Positions 1-10,859 of a stretch of DNA of 64,000 nucleotides are shown here, piece after piece. Source of the stretch: Paraphysomonas bandaiensis. Lineage: Eukaryota > Protista > Chrysophyceae. Position 1 is the first letter of the stretch. Every line of letters begins with the position of its first letter. The stretch spans positions 14,394-78,393 of the forward strand of contig CBFFRP010000454.1 in assembly GCA_965644295.1 (NCBI GenBank), given 5' to 3'. Under the pieces are notes generated by a model. That model was given only the letters and a program-made list of their open reading frames with translations, had not been told where the DNA came from and did not search any database. The position numbers and the translations under genes are program-made.

Positions 1-2005
1 ACAATTTCCTCGGGATGTTGTCCCATGTTGGATAGAAGAGTCTTAAGCACCACACGGTAATTAGATGATTGGTGATCCTGCATTGCGTAGACGCCGGCAG
101 CTTTGAGCGTTTTTCCGATGTTCAATACCACTAAACCTGGAAGGCTGAGGAGCCCGACAGCGCCTAAGTACACACCAGCTCCAACCCCAACTCGCGGCTC
201 CTGCTGTCGCTCTGCTCTACGCCTATTACTTCGTGCAACAGCTAAGGCAGCAGGAGCAGAAAGGATCACTGACGGTAGAGTCAATAATATACCAGCAGCA
301 GTCAGAATAGATCCGCCTACTCTGCTAACTCCACCTGTTATGAAACATTACGCCACTGGCAGGGATCGTACTTACACCGCTCACCTAATGCCGTGCGGGC
401 ACCGAAACGGAATACATTCTCCTCAGTATGAAGTTCTGTGACTGCTTCTGCGATCATTTCTATTCTCTCTTGGCAACGGTTGCGCAGTAAATGTACATCA
501 CACTGTCTAGCGACGTGTTGCCGCATGCAGGGCTCCAGCACAGTTTCAGCACCGAGTAACCGCTCTACACTCAAGAGGAGCTGCCACAAGTCATTCATAC
601 CAGGGTACCTTGTTCGAAGAGCTTCTATATTTCCACACTCACGGCTACAAACAGCCACACGCATCAATGCACCAGTGATAAACTCACCATTCATGGTGGG
701 ATGCAGTGCGCGTACCAGTGGGCCGTCAGCAGGTTTAGATGTGCACGGTGTAGCAGAGAGAGTGTTACTATCTCCGAAATCTGACCGTACTCCTATTGTT
801 ATACGACCCGGAATACGAATTCCTGAAATATCGACTGTGGCTCTCCGGTCGGAACAAGTAACGAGTAAGATTCGGGCAGTTGAATCCACTTCTATATCCC
901 CATGTGATACAAAAAATGGCATTCCTTCATCTCCAATTTTCACCGGGACTTCTTTTGTCATTCCACGCAGTAGTACGGCATCTAAGTTTTTTCCTATGAA
1001 GTTGAAAGTTGTGCGAAACGGATGATTTACAATGCGCACGGATGTAATTATTGGTGATAGTTGAAGGCCGTGTTTCTCCTCACTCTTCTTACATCCTTGT
1101 CCCAATTCCTTGTTATCCAACATTTTGAAGCCAATCTGGAGCTGGGTCAGCTGCTGCAGTGCGTTACAGATTTGTTGTCCACTGCGCAATTCTGAAACAC
1201 TTCCGTCAGTGTTGGTTAACTTGTATATTCCAATGGGAAGTATCCCCGCACAGGCAATATCTGAATGATTCGAGAGTTCCAGCTCGATTGCTTCAATGCG
1301 AGCGAAGTCTATGGATATATCTTTTCCATCAGAAGAGTGGATTTCAGGTATACGCTTTACTTCGCGTATGAGAGATTCATGAACGCTACTCCATGACGGA
1401 AACTCATTTCGACTTAAAAAACTAAACTGTTGGAAGTCCAATAGAAGGCGATCCTCAAATCCTCTGCAAACAGTGATATGTCTATCTTCCAAGTTTTTTT
1501 CAGCTAATTGATTATGGACCATTGGTGACGCACAGAGCGGTCCCGATATTGAAATGCACGTGACTGGAATATCATCGCCCCACTCTTGTCGCAGCAATAG
1601 TCCTGTAATGTGTGCCACTGCACCAGACCAACCCTGGCCAACTACTAGAATACGATTGACATCTCGTCTGCGCATCACTCGTTTAACAATTCCCACAGGA
1701 AGCAGTCGAGCTAATAGGAAGAATTGGCCACATACCATACCAGTATCAGGGATCACCACAGGCGCCTGTACGCCCCATGCCATCTCAGAGAGTCCACTGT
1801 GATCCAAGGCAATCCCGAGGGTCCTTCCAATGACTGTGAGAGAGTATGTATAGTCTGCATGAGGGGAGGAACAAACAAATAGATTTATATCTGATAATCC
1901 TTTAAAACAACTCTTTGTGGCCTCATTACGGTGATCGGGATTAACTGAAAGGACCTCAAGCAATCTCTCTGCTAGGGTGATATCGTTAATCTCTTCTCTT
2001 GTCAT
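1..2005 (-). CDS. Lipase class-3-like (alpha/beta hydrolase) protein, probably catalytically dead, with hydrophobic Gly-rich C-terminal segments; 3' end runs off the window
   Basis: ILVVGQGWSGAVAHITG followed by VTCISISGP aligns to the lipase_3 motifs IxxxGHSLGGAxA and xxTFGxP. A GT-AG intron at 335-384 restores an open frame (GGVSRVGGSILTAAGILL...) to position 1. Start taken at MTREEIND (2005). Confidence 0.6.
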
Positions 2006-2895
2006 GGATACAGTGATATGGTTATATACGCATATTAATAGTACTAATAATGAGAAGTAGACATACACATATAGAAATCTATTCACATATTCAATACCAT
2101 CACTTCGATTTCTTATGTATGAAAATCCTCGTTAACATCTCACTTCATTTGCATACCAAGATATCACTTCATTCCCACAGAACACACGTCACTTCTTCAA
2201 CCACACACTTCTCTTTTGGAGGTCTAAAATCCACTATTTTTTATAAAATATGTTTTAAAATCTAGAGTTTTTTGTTGTGTTACAGAGAAAAATAGAAATA
2301 TAAGAGAAACTCGTAAAGTATAGAAATATCCGCAGGACTGGAGAGCGACGTCTGGTATACGATAGCATAAGGAAGAGTTATGGTAAGATATTAAGGAAAG
2401 CCTACGAAATCGAGACTATGATAACTAAGATGTTGAGCTGGTAGATGCATTGTATATGTGTACTGCCTGCCATATGACAGCTACAACCTACAACTGTCCT
2501 GCATGTACAGCTATAGTTGACAACGTACTCGTAGAGTATAGCACAGCGGTAAAGAAGTACATGGTATACAGCAGTACTATATACAGTACGTGTATGATAG
2601 ACATGTACATAGCACGTACCTGCGTGTATATACAGGTGAGTACATATGTACAGCAGTACTGTATATGCTGTCTCGATGTGTACATATACTATACGGCACA
2701 GCAATCTGTACATAGAGCGGTACATAAGAGACTGCACATAGCATCGTATCCCCCACAGAATCAGAGATAGAGCTAGATCTCTCCATCTACCACCATAACA
2801 ATGACTGTTACCTATCATCACAATATCTTAGTGACCTATCTGCTGCTGTAGACACCTCTGAGCATCTGTATATATCTGTATATCTGTATATAGAC

Positions 2896-5800
2896 ATGAC
2901 CACACCTCATGAGCTCAAAGATGAGATAGCTGATGCTATGAGAGAGCTACAAGAGCTCAGACAGGGCACAAGAGAGATACTTGACTCTCCCCGTAAGAAG
3001 AGACCATCGAGAGGGTCCAGTAAACAGTCATCATGGGCTAAAAGTACCTCAAAGAGGATATCTGTGCCATGGACTGCACCTCATAGCAATGAGAATGATA
3101 GGGACGGTCCACACAGTCATGATCAAGAGAAAGGAAAGGAGACATCCTCAAGAACCACCGATAGGAAAGTAAGTAAGGGGTTTACTATATCGAAAGCGCC
3201 TAGAAAAACTGTAGAGGAAACCAATAATCTGGATTTGCCTTTCTATGACGTGAAAGTGGAAGCCAGTGCGTCTCATAAGCGCCCTCGTTCGGCTGTTATA
3301 ATGAAGCCCGCTCCTGTTCCCACTACACGCCCCGTTGCTGACGAGGCACAAGAGACGATTCTTAATCCTGCGGCGGTAGTCACAAGGGAGTCGCATGCAT
3401 ACAGTTTTAGCAAGGCGAAGCGAGAGACCACAACGGCAACTTCTGCTCCAGCTGAAAATAATAGTGCCCCCCATGCTGTACTAGACATTACGAAAGGCGA
3501 GAAACTTATACGAGAGAGGCCAATAGGAGGGGTGTTTCTAAAAGAGGCCCGTCCTTTCCAGAAGTCGATTAAAGCAGAAAGTAGTGCAGAAAATGTTACT
3601 CCGGTGCATACAACGGCTTCTAGTGACGTAAGGAAGGACATAGATATACTGTCTACTAGAGTAACTGCCCCGGCCGTAAAAATTGCGCCCAAGCCAACAA
3701 CGCAACCGTTGAGGCGGGCTAAGATGGATCATTCGGACTATGGTACTCCTGGCCCAGGGGCATATACCGACAGCATATTGAAGGTGTACTCGGTATCCGG
3801 AGCAGTTAACAGCACCAATAGTATTGCGGCAAAGAGAGGCCGGTTTAGTACCCCAACTTCGACTAGAGCAAGAGTCAATAAACGATTGAGACAGGGTACA
3901 GCACCTGGCCCAGGCGACTATGACACTGACAGGGCCATTTCGGCCACTCGTCAGACTGTCCCTGGATTTTCTAATGTGTTCCGCCCTGAGTCAGATAGTA
4001 AGAACACCCCTCAGCTTCAAAAGAAGAAATACTGGGAGGAAAAGGCACGTGATGTGAGGGAAGAGTACGACCTACCTGATGATAGGGTGCTGGCGAAGCG
4101 TGAGAAGGTTCGCACTGTCAAAATGCGCCCGGAAAAGAAAGAAGGGGTAGATTTCCGAAATCGAGAGATCATGCGCAAAATTCAGGCTGAAAAACATAGG
4201 GAGGCTTCTATTGGGGCTGGGACATATGATAAGAAGTATGACGCAGTGGAGACGCGACCGCATGCGCCTGTAAGAATGGATCAGCAGGTAAAGGCAGCAG
4301 AAAAGACTAAGAGCATGCTGGAGAAGGCAGGGATCATCCCTGCATCTTCCCGGCGGAAGATGGAAGAGGCCGCAAGAGACAAATTTCTTGGGCCGCAGCT
4401 TCCGGTGCCATGGGGGGATGAACTCGTGCCTCCGAAACGAGAAGCCTGGAAAGAACAGGAGGAGGGTTATGAGAGTCCGACTGAGGAGGTGATGGAGCTG
4501 CTTGCACGACGGAGAGGCGAGACTGGAAGTGGGGCATCTAAACCCTCGGAACCGGACACGACAGAGGCATTTTTGCGGTCATCTTTTTCTGGTGGACTCC
4601 ATCGGAAGCCAGCCGCAGTGGCGATGCATAAGCGTTCTCGTAACGATGCACGGCGACTGGTTGATAGAGAACTTACCGTCGAGGAGCGGGAGCGAGATTA
4701 TCTACCAACACAGCTTCACAGCGAGTGGGGCACAGGTACTGAGACGGATCATAGGGCACTGCAGATGGACCTCAATCACGGTAGGCACACTGTAAAAGTG
4801 CTTTCAAAAGGGATTGTTGACCGGGTTTCGTTTAACGATCCTGTTCGACCGAGTACTAGTGGACTTGGACCTGGTGTATATGACATGGATGTGGGGAAGA
4901 GGATAGGCGAGGGTGTTGCAGGTGTGGATTTTAAAAAGTATACGGGCCGGGAGGACGTTGTAGGACCGAAAGGGGAGAGACCGACTGCGGCTAGAGATGG
5001 GTTTGATGTTGATGAGAATGGTTTTAGACTCAGAGATGAAGTGATTGTGGATGCCCCGAGGGCGAAAGAGGCACTACAGAAGAGGCCTCAGGTGGCTAAG
5101 TTATACGCTCAGGTATGTCACAAACTTGTCTATTAGATAGTGCCCGATGGGTTCGCTCACGTTGATGCCATGATGTCATTAGCCAGCCCGCGAATGAATT
5201 GATTGTTTTAAGTTTTATATCTATGTAGGAACGGCATGAGGTGCCAAAGGATCTTGATGAAGGGCAGCGTCATCTCGGGGGCTCCTGGTTTGAGGGCATG
5301 GCCGAAGATGTTGCGAAGAAACCTGCTTACGTCAAATACGATGCTATGGTCGGGCGCGAGGGTGATGATGAAAAGGGTCTTGATGATTTAGGATCGCTCA
5401 TAGATCAAGGACGAGAAGGGGATGCCGTCCAAGTTGATGTTCGCGACTGGAAGCCTCACAAGGAACGTGTCATCTCAGCACCACAATGGGCGGACCCCTT
5501 ACGAGACCCTCGATTCGATAAGACCAAGGAAGAAGAAAAGAGTTCAGATGCACCCCCCTCCCCCGAGCCCAACTATTCCTATGGCAAACCACGGGATGGT
5601 GTGGGATTTTTGGATTTTAGTCGACAAGGAGGGCGTTGGGATGATATCAAAGATCAGGAAGTTCTCATGGAGGAAGAGGGGTATGGGAGGCCGGACGTGT
5701 GTAAGGTACTCGATAATGCGCTCGACGAGGATGTATCAAAAGTTCGTGCTGAAGAAAAGCAGAGTAGTAGAAAGCGGACAGTCACTTATGTCGATATGGA

Positions 5801-8000
5801 TCGACAAGGCAAGAGGGAACTAAAACCTGTGAAGAGTGCAGCTCCGGATGTTGTATACGAGATCAAAGAGGACAAAAGGGAAAAGGGAGTGATGGACTGG
5901 AAAAAGGATCACGGGAGAGATTTGAAAATTATCACCAAAGAAAAACTCCAGGCAAATGCAGACGAAAGATTGAGTGATGACGAAGAGGTTATTGTGTCCC
6001 CTCATCATGATGTTAAAAGCAGGTCTGTGTATCGCGTACGCAACCACTGAGGCTGGTGTAGTCGCATATATATATACCTGTCCCTCTTACATGTACTTTG
6101 TATAGTTCAAGACGCACTGTATCAGCTCCTGCGTGGTCTGCTAACAAGAAGCCCATCCGTCCTGATCCTCCTGAACCACTTGGTAACCAACTAGAGTATA
6201 ATTTTGATCCAGGTGAGACTGAAGATAAATGTGTGTAATAACTTTTATATCCACACGTTTGAACCAGACTATGGGAAACCGGGGCGGAACAAGGACACGG
6301 GGGGTGTTGGGATGGCTCTGCAAAGTGGGCGAGAGGACGATGCCCCGCTGCGTGAACTAGTGGACGGTCTTGATGAGGAAGAGCTGGATATCGAGCCCGA
6401 CTACAGACTACTTAAGAGCGGAAAAGGCGATGGGGCGGCGAGAGGAGGAGTTCCCTGGGGGAAAAGTGGGTCACTGCCGCCAAGGGTGGCGGAGAAGCTG
6501 GCGCCTTCCGACGACCCACCGGAGGGAGGAGTATTGATTCTGGACCCAGGAGAGGAGGACTGGAACAAAGTGGGTAAAAAAGGCCTTGGGCTTGGCGGCA
6601 GAGCAGGACAGGACTCCACACGTCCGGGTGCGGCAGATGCACTTCAGGAGCTAGATCGTGAACGAGAGGAACTGCGGATTAGTCCGGTGCATATTAGGGA
6701 GGGGAAGAACACACAGAGTGCTTGGAGAAAGGAGAGCGATGCTGCTGTTCAGTCAAATCCGGAGGTACTGAAGGAATATAGAAATGAAGAACTGGTCCTC
6801 TCTCCACGTCAGGATAGAGGATTGAAGCCGAACACCCAACCGTCATGGAACAAGCAAAAATATGAATCTAATGATAATTTTGCAGCTAAATCTCTTACAA
6901 AAGACGCGGAGGAGTTGATTCTCTCACCAAAAGAGCCACAGCCGGATAAGCGACGCACCGCCGCGGCTTCCTGGAAAAAACAGTCGTCAGCCGATGTGGA
7001 TGCGACGTTAAGCGATATTGGAAAACCTGAAGTTCTAATTTTGTCACCTAAGAAGCCTGCTGGTGACAAAAAGATGCGAGCTCCATCTTGGAATAAGGAG
7101 CATGACTCTACATTTGACGGAAAGGAAGAATACATTGGGGATAAGGAAGAGCTTAAACTGTCGCCAAGAGATGTTGGGACCCGACGGACCACCCCACATC
7201 TCTCTTGGGATAAACAGACGGCTCCTGAACAATCTGCTGAGCTATCTGAGTTCCAGGAGGAGGAACTCATACTGTCTCCTAAGGAGGTACGAGGTACAGG
7301 TAACAGGTACACTGTTGCCTGGAACGATGGTACCGCACCAAGCCCTTCGATTCCTGAAGAAGAATTGAAGTTATCTCCGCGTGAAGCCAGAGATAGGAAG
7401 GCAGGAGGAGTATGGCAAAAGAGCCACAAAGAACGAGAAAATGGCTCTTCTCAGAGACTGAATCCTTCGATGAAGTCTCATAATGAGAAAAGTTCCCGAT
7501 CACTGAAGAAGATGTCAGTGACATGGCAAGACCAAACAAACGCTGGAAGCTCTGATCATCTTAAAAGTAATTCTTCGGATAGTAAGACTGGCACAAGAGT
7601 AGCGAAGACTGGGTCATCCAGTTCATCTACATTGTCCTTAAAGAAGACTGAGTCAACCTCTTCATCTGAAAGGATTTCCAAAAAGGGTAGCAACACCAAA
7701 GTATCTACAACTTCGAAAGGGTCTGTTAAAGCAAAATCGAAGGACAATGACAGGGGAAATGTACTCTCTGGTAAGAAGAAGACTAATTCACAAAACAGCG
7801 AAAAGAGGCGCAAAGTATCGAAGTCGAAGAGTAGGGAACAGAATCAGGAGTCTGCTCCTGCTCCAACTCCCCCATCAATATCTGTGCCGACACCTACAAG
7901 GGCAGAACCTGTAGGATTCAGTACTTTGGGACGAAATAGGAGTGATAATGAGGCCCTTGATTTGTTAGATAAACAACTCGAGGAGTTAGAATTGAAGTAA
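2896..8000 (+). CDS. Large low-complexity SHIPPO/PGP-repeat protein (ODF3/STPG-like, probably ciliary) with C-terminal EELxLSP[KR]...W repeats
   Basis: Motifs PGPGAY, PGPGDY, GAGTY and GPGVY. Exons 2896-5112, 5229-6022, 6106-6212 and 6268-8000 join in frame through GT-AG introns 5113-5228, 6023-6105 and 6213-6267. Confidence 0.7.
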
Positions 8001-8256
8001 AATAGAACAGCCATGTGTATATATGTATTCTGTGGCACCTGTCTTATATATTATAATGTTACTATATTTCGTGAACTAGTACACGTTTGTTTTATATGTG
8101 TAGTTGGATTTGATTTGTCGTTTATTTAGCACCCAGTAAATCGGTTGTTGCAGCCTGCACAGCTTGATATTATTGTCATATAGCAGCTTGGTAGTCCTTG
8201 CTTGAACTTATGCCATGATTTAATAACATAGCTATATATTTTCGTTATTCACTGCA

Positions 8257-8703
8257 GTAAATGTCTTATTATTAGCAATAGGCGTGTAAGAGTCAGAACT
8301 AATGTAGCAAAACAATTCAACTTACTAGTGCTTAACTCTGATATTCTACTATTTAGCGCAAAGTAAGCTGCTTGTGCTAACAGAAGTTGACATTATTTAC
8401 TAAGGTTTACTATTCTCAACTGATAAGATGAAAATTATAAACATTACATGATAAAGAACCTAAGTTGTGTTCGATGTGTTCAACACCATTCATTTACTAC
8501 TATAGTGTACAAACCACACACTCAGTGATCGTATCCTGTATAGTCATCCACTTCTACTTCAGTTTCATACTACATAATATAATGTACTAATTACATATAT
8601 ATCTTTCGATCCTTGCATCTCACATAATACTGCACTCAATTGCAAGTATATAGAATCTTCAGATCTCAACATGTGCGTCACCGCAAGAACCAAGGTGCAA
8701 CCA
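8257..8703. mobile_element. Truncated copy (A) of the structured repeat family at 57761-58876, interrupted by a 294-bp insertion
   Basis: 8259-8377 closely matches 57763-57880 (atgtcttattattagcaataggcgtgtaagagtca...). The match resumes at 8672 (tgtgcgtcaccgcaagaaccaaggtgc). Confidence 0.85.
8378..8671. mobile_element. Probable solo LTR inserted into repeat copy A
   Basis: Exact 5-bp target-site duplication TGTGC (8373-8377 and 8672-8676). The insert ends in CAACA, a typical LTR 3' end. The 5' end (TAACA) is not canonical TG. Confidence 0.55.
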
Positions 8704-9349
8704 AAAAAAATTATTCGCTGTTTTCGCGACAAAAGCGAATGAAAGTTTGCACTGTAGAAACAGTAATGACGCATGAGGGAAGAAATACTTACACAGCTAA
8801 TGTTGTCACTTCGTCAGTATTGCTCAATGTGACAACTCTATGTGTTGACTTAAACCTATACTACTATTAGGTATATAGTAGTATCAGCAAATGCTTTATA
8901 ACTTGTAGCTAGCTTTAATGCTACTTCTACTATTCTATGACCCTTGTGCTTGCAACTTATGGTGACGTAGAGGCATCTTGTGGAACTACTACCACGAATT
9001 ACCGACCAACTTTTTCATACTGTCTTAAAACTTAACTTCTCATAAGAAGGTATAAATTTGGTGATTTTGTTAGTTTTTCTTGGAGGCTCCAGCTGATGAC
9101 AGAGCGAACACGGCAGTGGATATATTTCGTGTATAGAGTTATGGATGACTTGTACTGTTGGAGTTAGTAGTACGTTCGGCTGTATCTACTTACTACAAAG
9201 GGATTAGGAGCAAATAATAAAATTCAATGTTCTGGAGTTTCAGGAGTATCAATAAATCCATACATAGTATTATGTGCAAAATGCATTTACAAATGCGATA
9301 CATTCTCTGATGTGTAAGTGACAGGCATATTGTGCTCTATACTATTCCG

Positions 9350-10189
9350 CAAGGCTACGAAACAATATATTGCTATACTATTGTTAGATATCATTCAATC
9401 AATAATATTGTATTGCTTTTATAACCGGCCACAATAATATTGCAATATACTAGTATCCAATATCACTAATCAGCAATTAAATACATGCGCATATTCCTTT
9501 TTTAATATGAGTGATAAATATCACCTGATAACCAAACCCACTGCACTGACAAGCAAAGAGACTACCAACTGCTTAGCTAACCACAATTTTCCTCATACTT
9601 CATCGGTGGAACAAATTCGGTACCTAATAGGTATCCACTTATGGGTAGGTACCTAGCTGTCATCACCTATATAGGTATACCTAGCTACCTTGTCTATAGA
9701 TGATAAAGAAAGGTATCTACCTATTGGTACCTCAAGTTTTACCTATATGTTTTTAATTATTTACTACTTTGCAATATATATATTATATTATGTTTATTAT
9801 TAAAATTATAGTACCTATGGGTAGTTTTGGTATTATATTTTTAGGTAGTACCTATAGGTAGTATTGATACATGTAGGTGATACCTATGGGTATATTTTAA
9901 TATAATTAGGGATAACTATCAGTTGGAAATTCAGTAGTCATTGGTACCACCTATAGGGAGATTATTAGGTACGTGTAGTAGGGTGTACTTTTAGGTAGCT
10001 ATAGGTGGCACCACCTACAGCTCGTAAACTTACCTACAGGTAGACAGAGGTACCTAATAGATACCGCCGATTTTAATTACAAACGTATCTTTAGGTACTC
10101 ACCTATAGGTACTCAGCTCGAGTCCCACCAATGTCATCCTCTGATCCATCATCGCTATCATATATTGCAATATATTGTGAGCTAGCTTC
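9350..10189. mobile_element. Degenerate TIR element (hAT-like MITE) hosting a nested insertion; related fragment at 27063-27199
   Basis: Left caaggctacgaaacaatatattgc is an imperfect inverted repeat of right gcaatatattgtgagctagcttc. It shares tactattgtta and aattaaatacatgcg with 27063-27199. Confidence 0.45.
9601..10133. mobile_element. hAT-like MITE packed with TAGGTACC/ACCTATAGG motifs
   Basis: TIRs CATCGGTGGAAC and GTCCCACCAATG (10/12 match). Flanks tcatactt/tcatcctc are a 6/8 TSD. The interior has dozens of ACCTA/TAGGT words in both orientations. Confidence 0.65.
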
Positions 10190-10549
10190 ACAGTATTATT
10201 ATTGATGGAATATTTTGTACCCTAGCCCTCGCATCAAATTATTACTATTTATGTAGATTATAGTATTCTTATTTCTACTATAGATTTCGTTGTTGAAGTG
10301 TTGACCATTCACGCGCCAGAATGATAAGAAACAGATATTGTAAAAGTACGAGATTGAATTGGTGCAAGCCGACTGGTTCGTCAAAATAAATTTGCAAAAA
10401 ACTTTAAAATGTTCGCAACAATTGAAACATTAGAAGAATTATGATAAATGTTGAAGACTGAATTAATAATTAGCAGGAGATTTCAGTTCATGATAGCAAA
10501 TTAGCTGAAGTGAACAGAAAATTAACGTAAGCTAAACTCCTCAAACATT

Positions 10550-10859
10550 TCAGTGTTTCGCAGGCTTGGCCTCTTCCTCACTGTCCCCGGAGGTCATGAA
10601 GTAGCCAATAAGGGTACCGAAATATAAAGTTCCTGTAATATAATATATAACATGAGCATCATGAGAGCCTGTATATGGAGTAGTGCTTACCATAGATCCA
10701 TCTCTTCCAGTTGACTTGATCCTCAGGCCTATCGTCCTCTTCCGCATCATCACTGTTCGACTGGGTAGCAGTAGCAGAGAATGATCTGCTTGAAACATAT
10801 GCCAGTTGTTTCTTTGGTACATAGGCGGCGTTGACAGCCTTATGGAATCTGGTTCTCAT
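10550..10859 (-). CDS. Small single-pass membrane protein with a predicted mitochondrial transit peptide
   Basis: The N-terminus MRTRFHKAVNAAYVPKKQLAYVSSRSFSA is basic, lacks acidic residues and has an RxFS cleavage-like motif. A 22-nt GTAAG...TACAG intron (10669-10690) joins it to GSHDAHVIYYITGTLYFGTLIGYFMTSGDSEEEAKPAKH*. An upstream exon is possible. Confidence 0.6.

Noticed and set aside
6183-6212. Apparent 30-nt GT-AG intron
   Set aside because: Removing it is not needed and still leads to the same in-frame stop; intron 6213-6267 gives the continuous frame.
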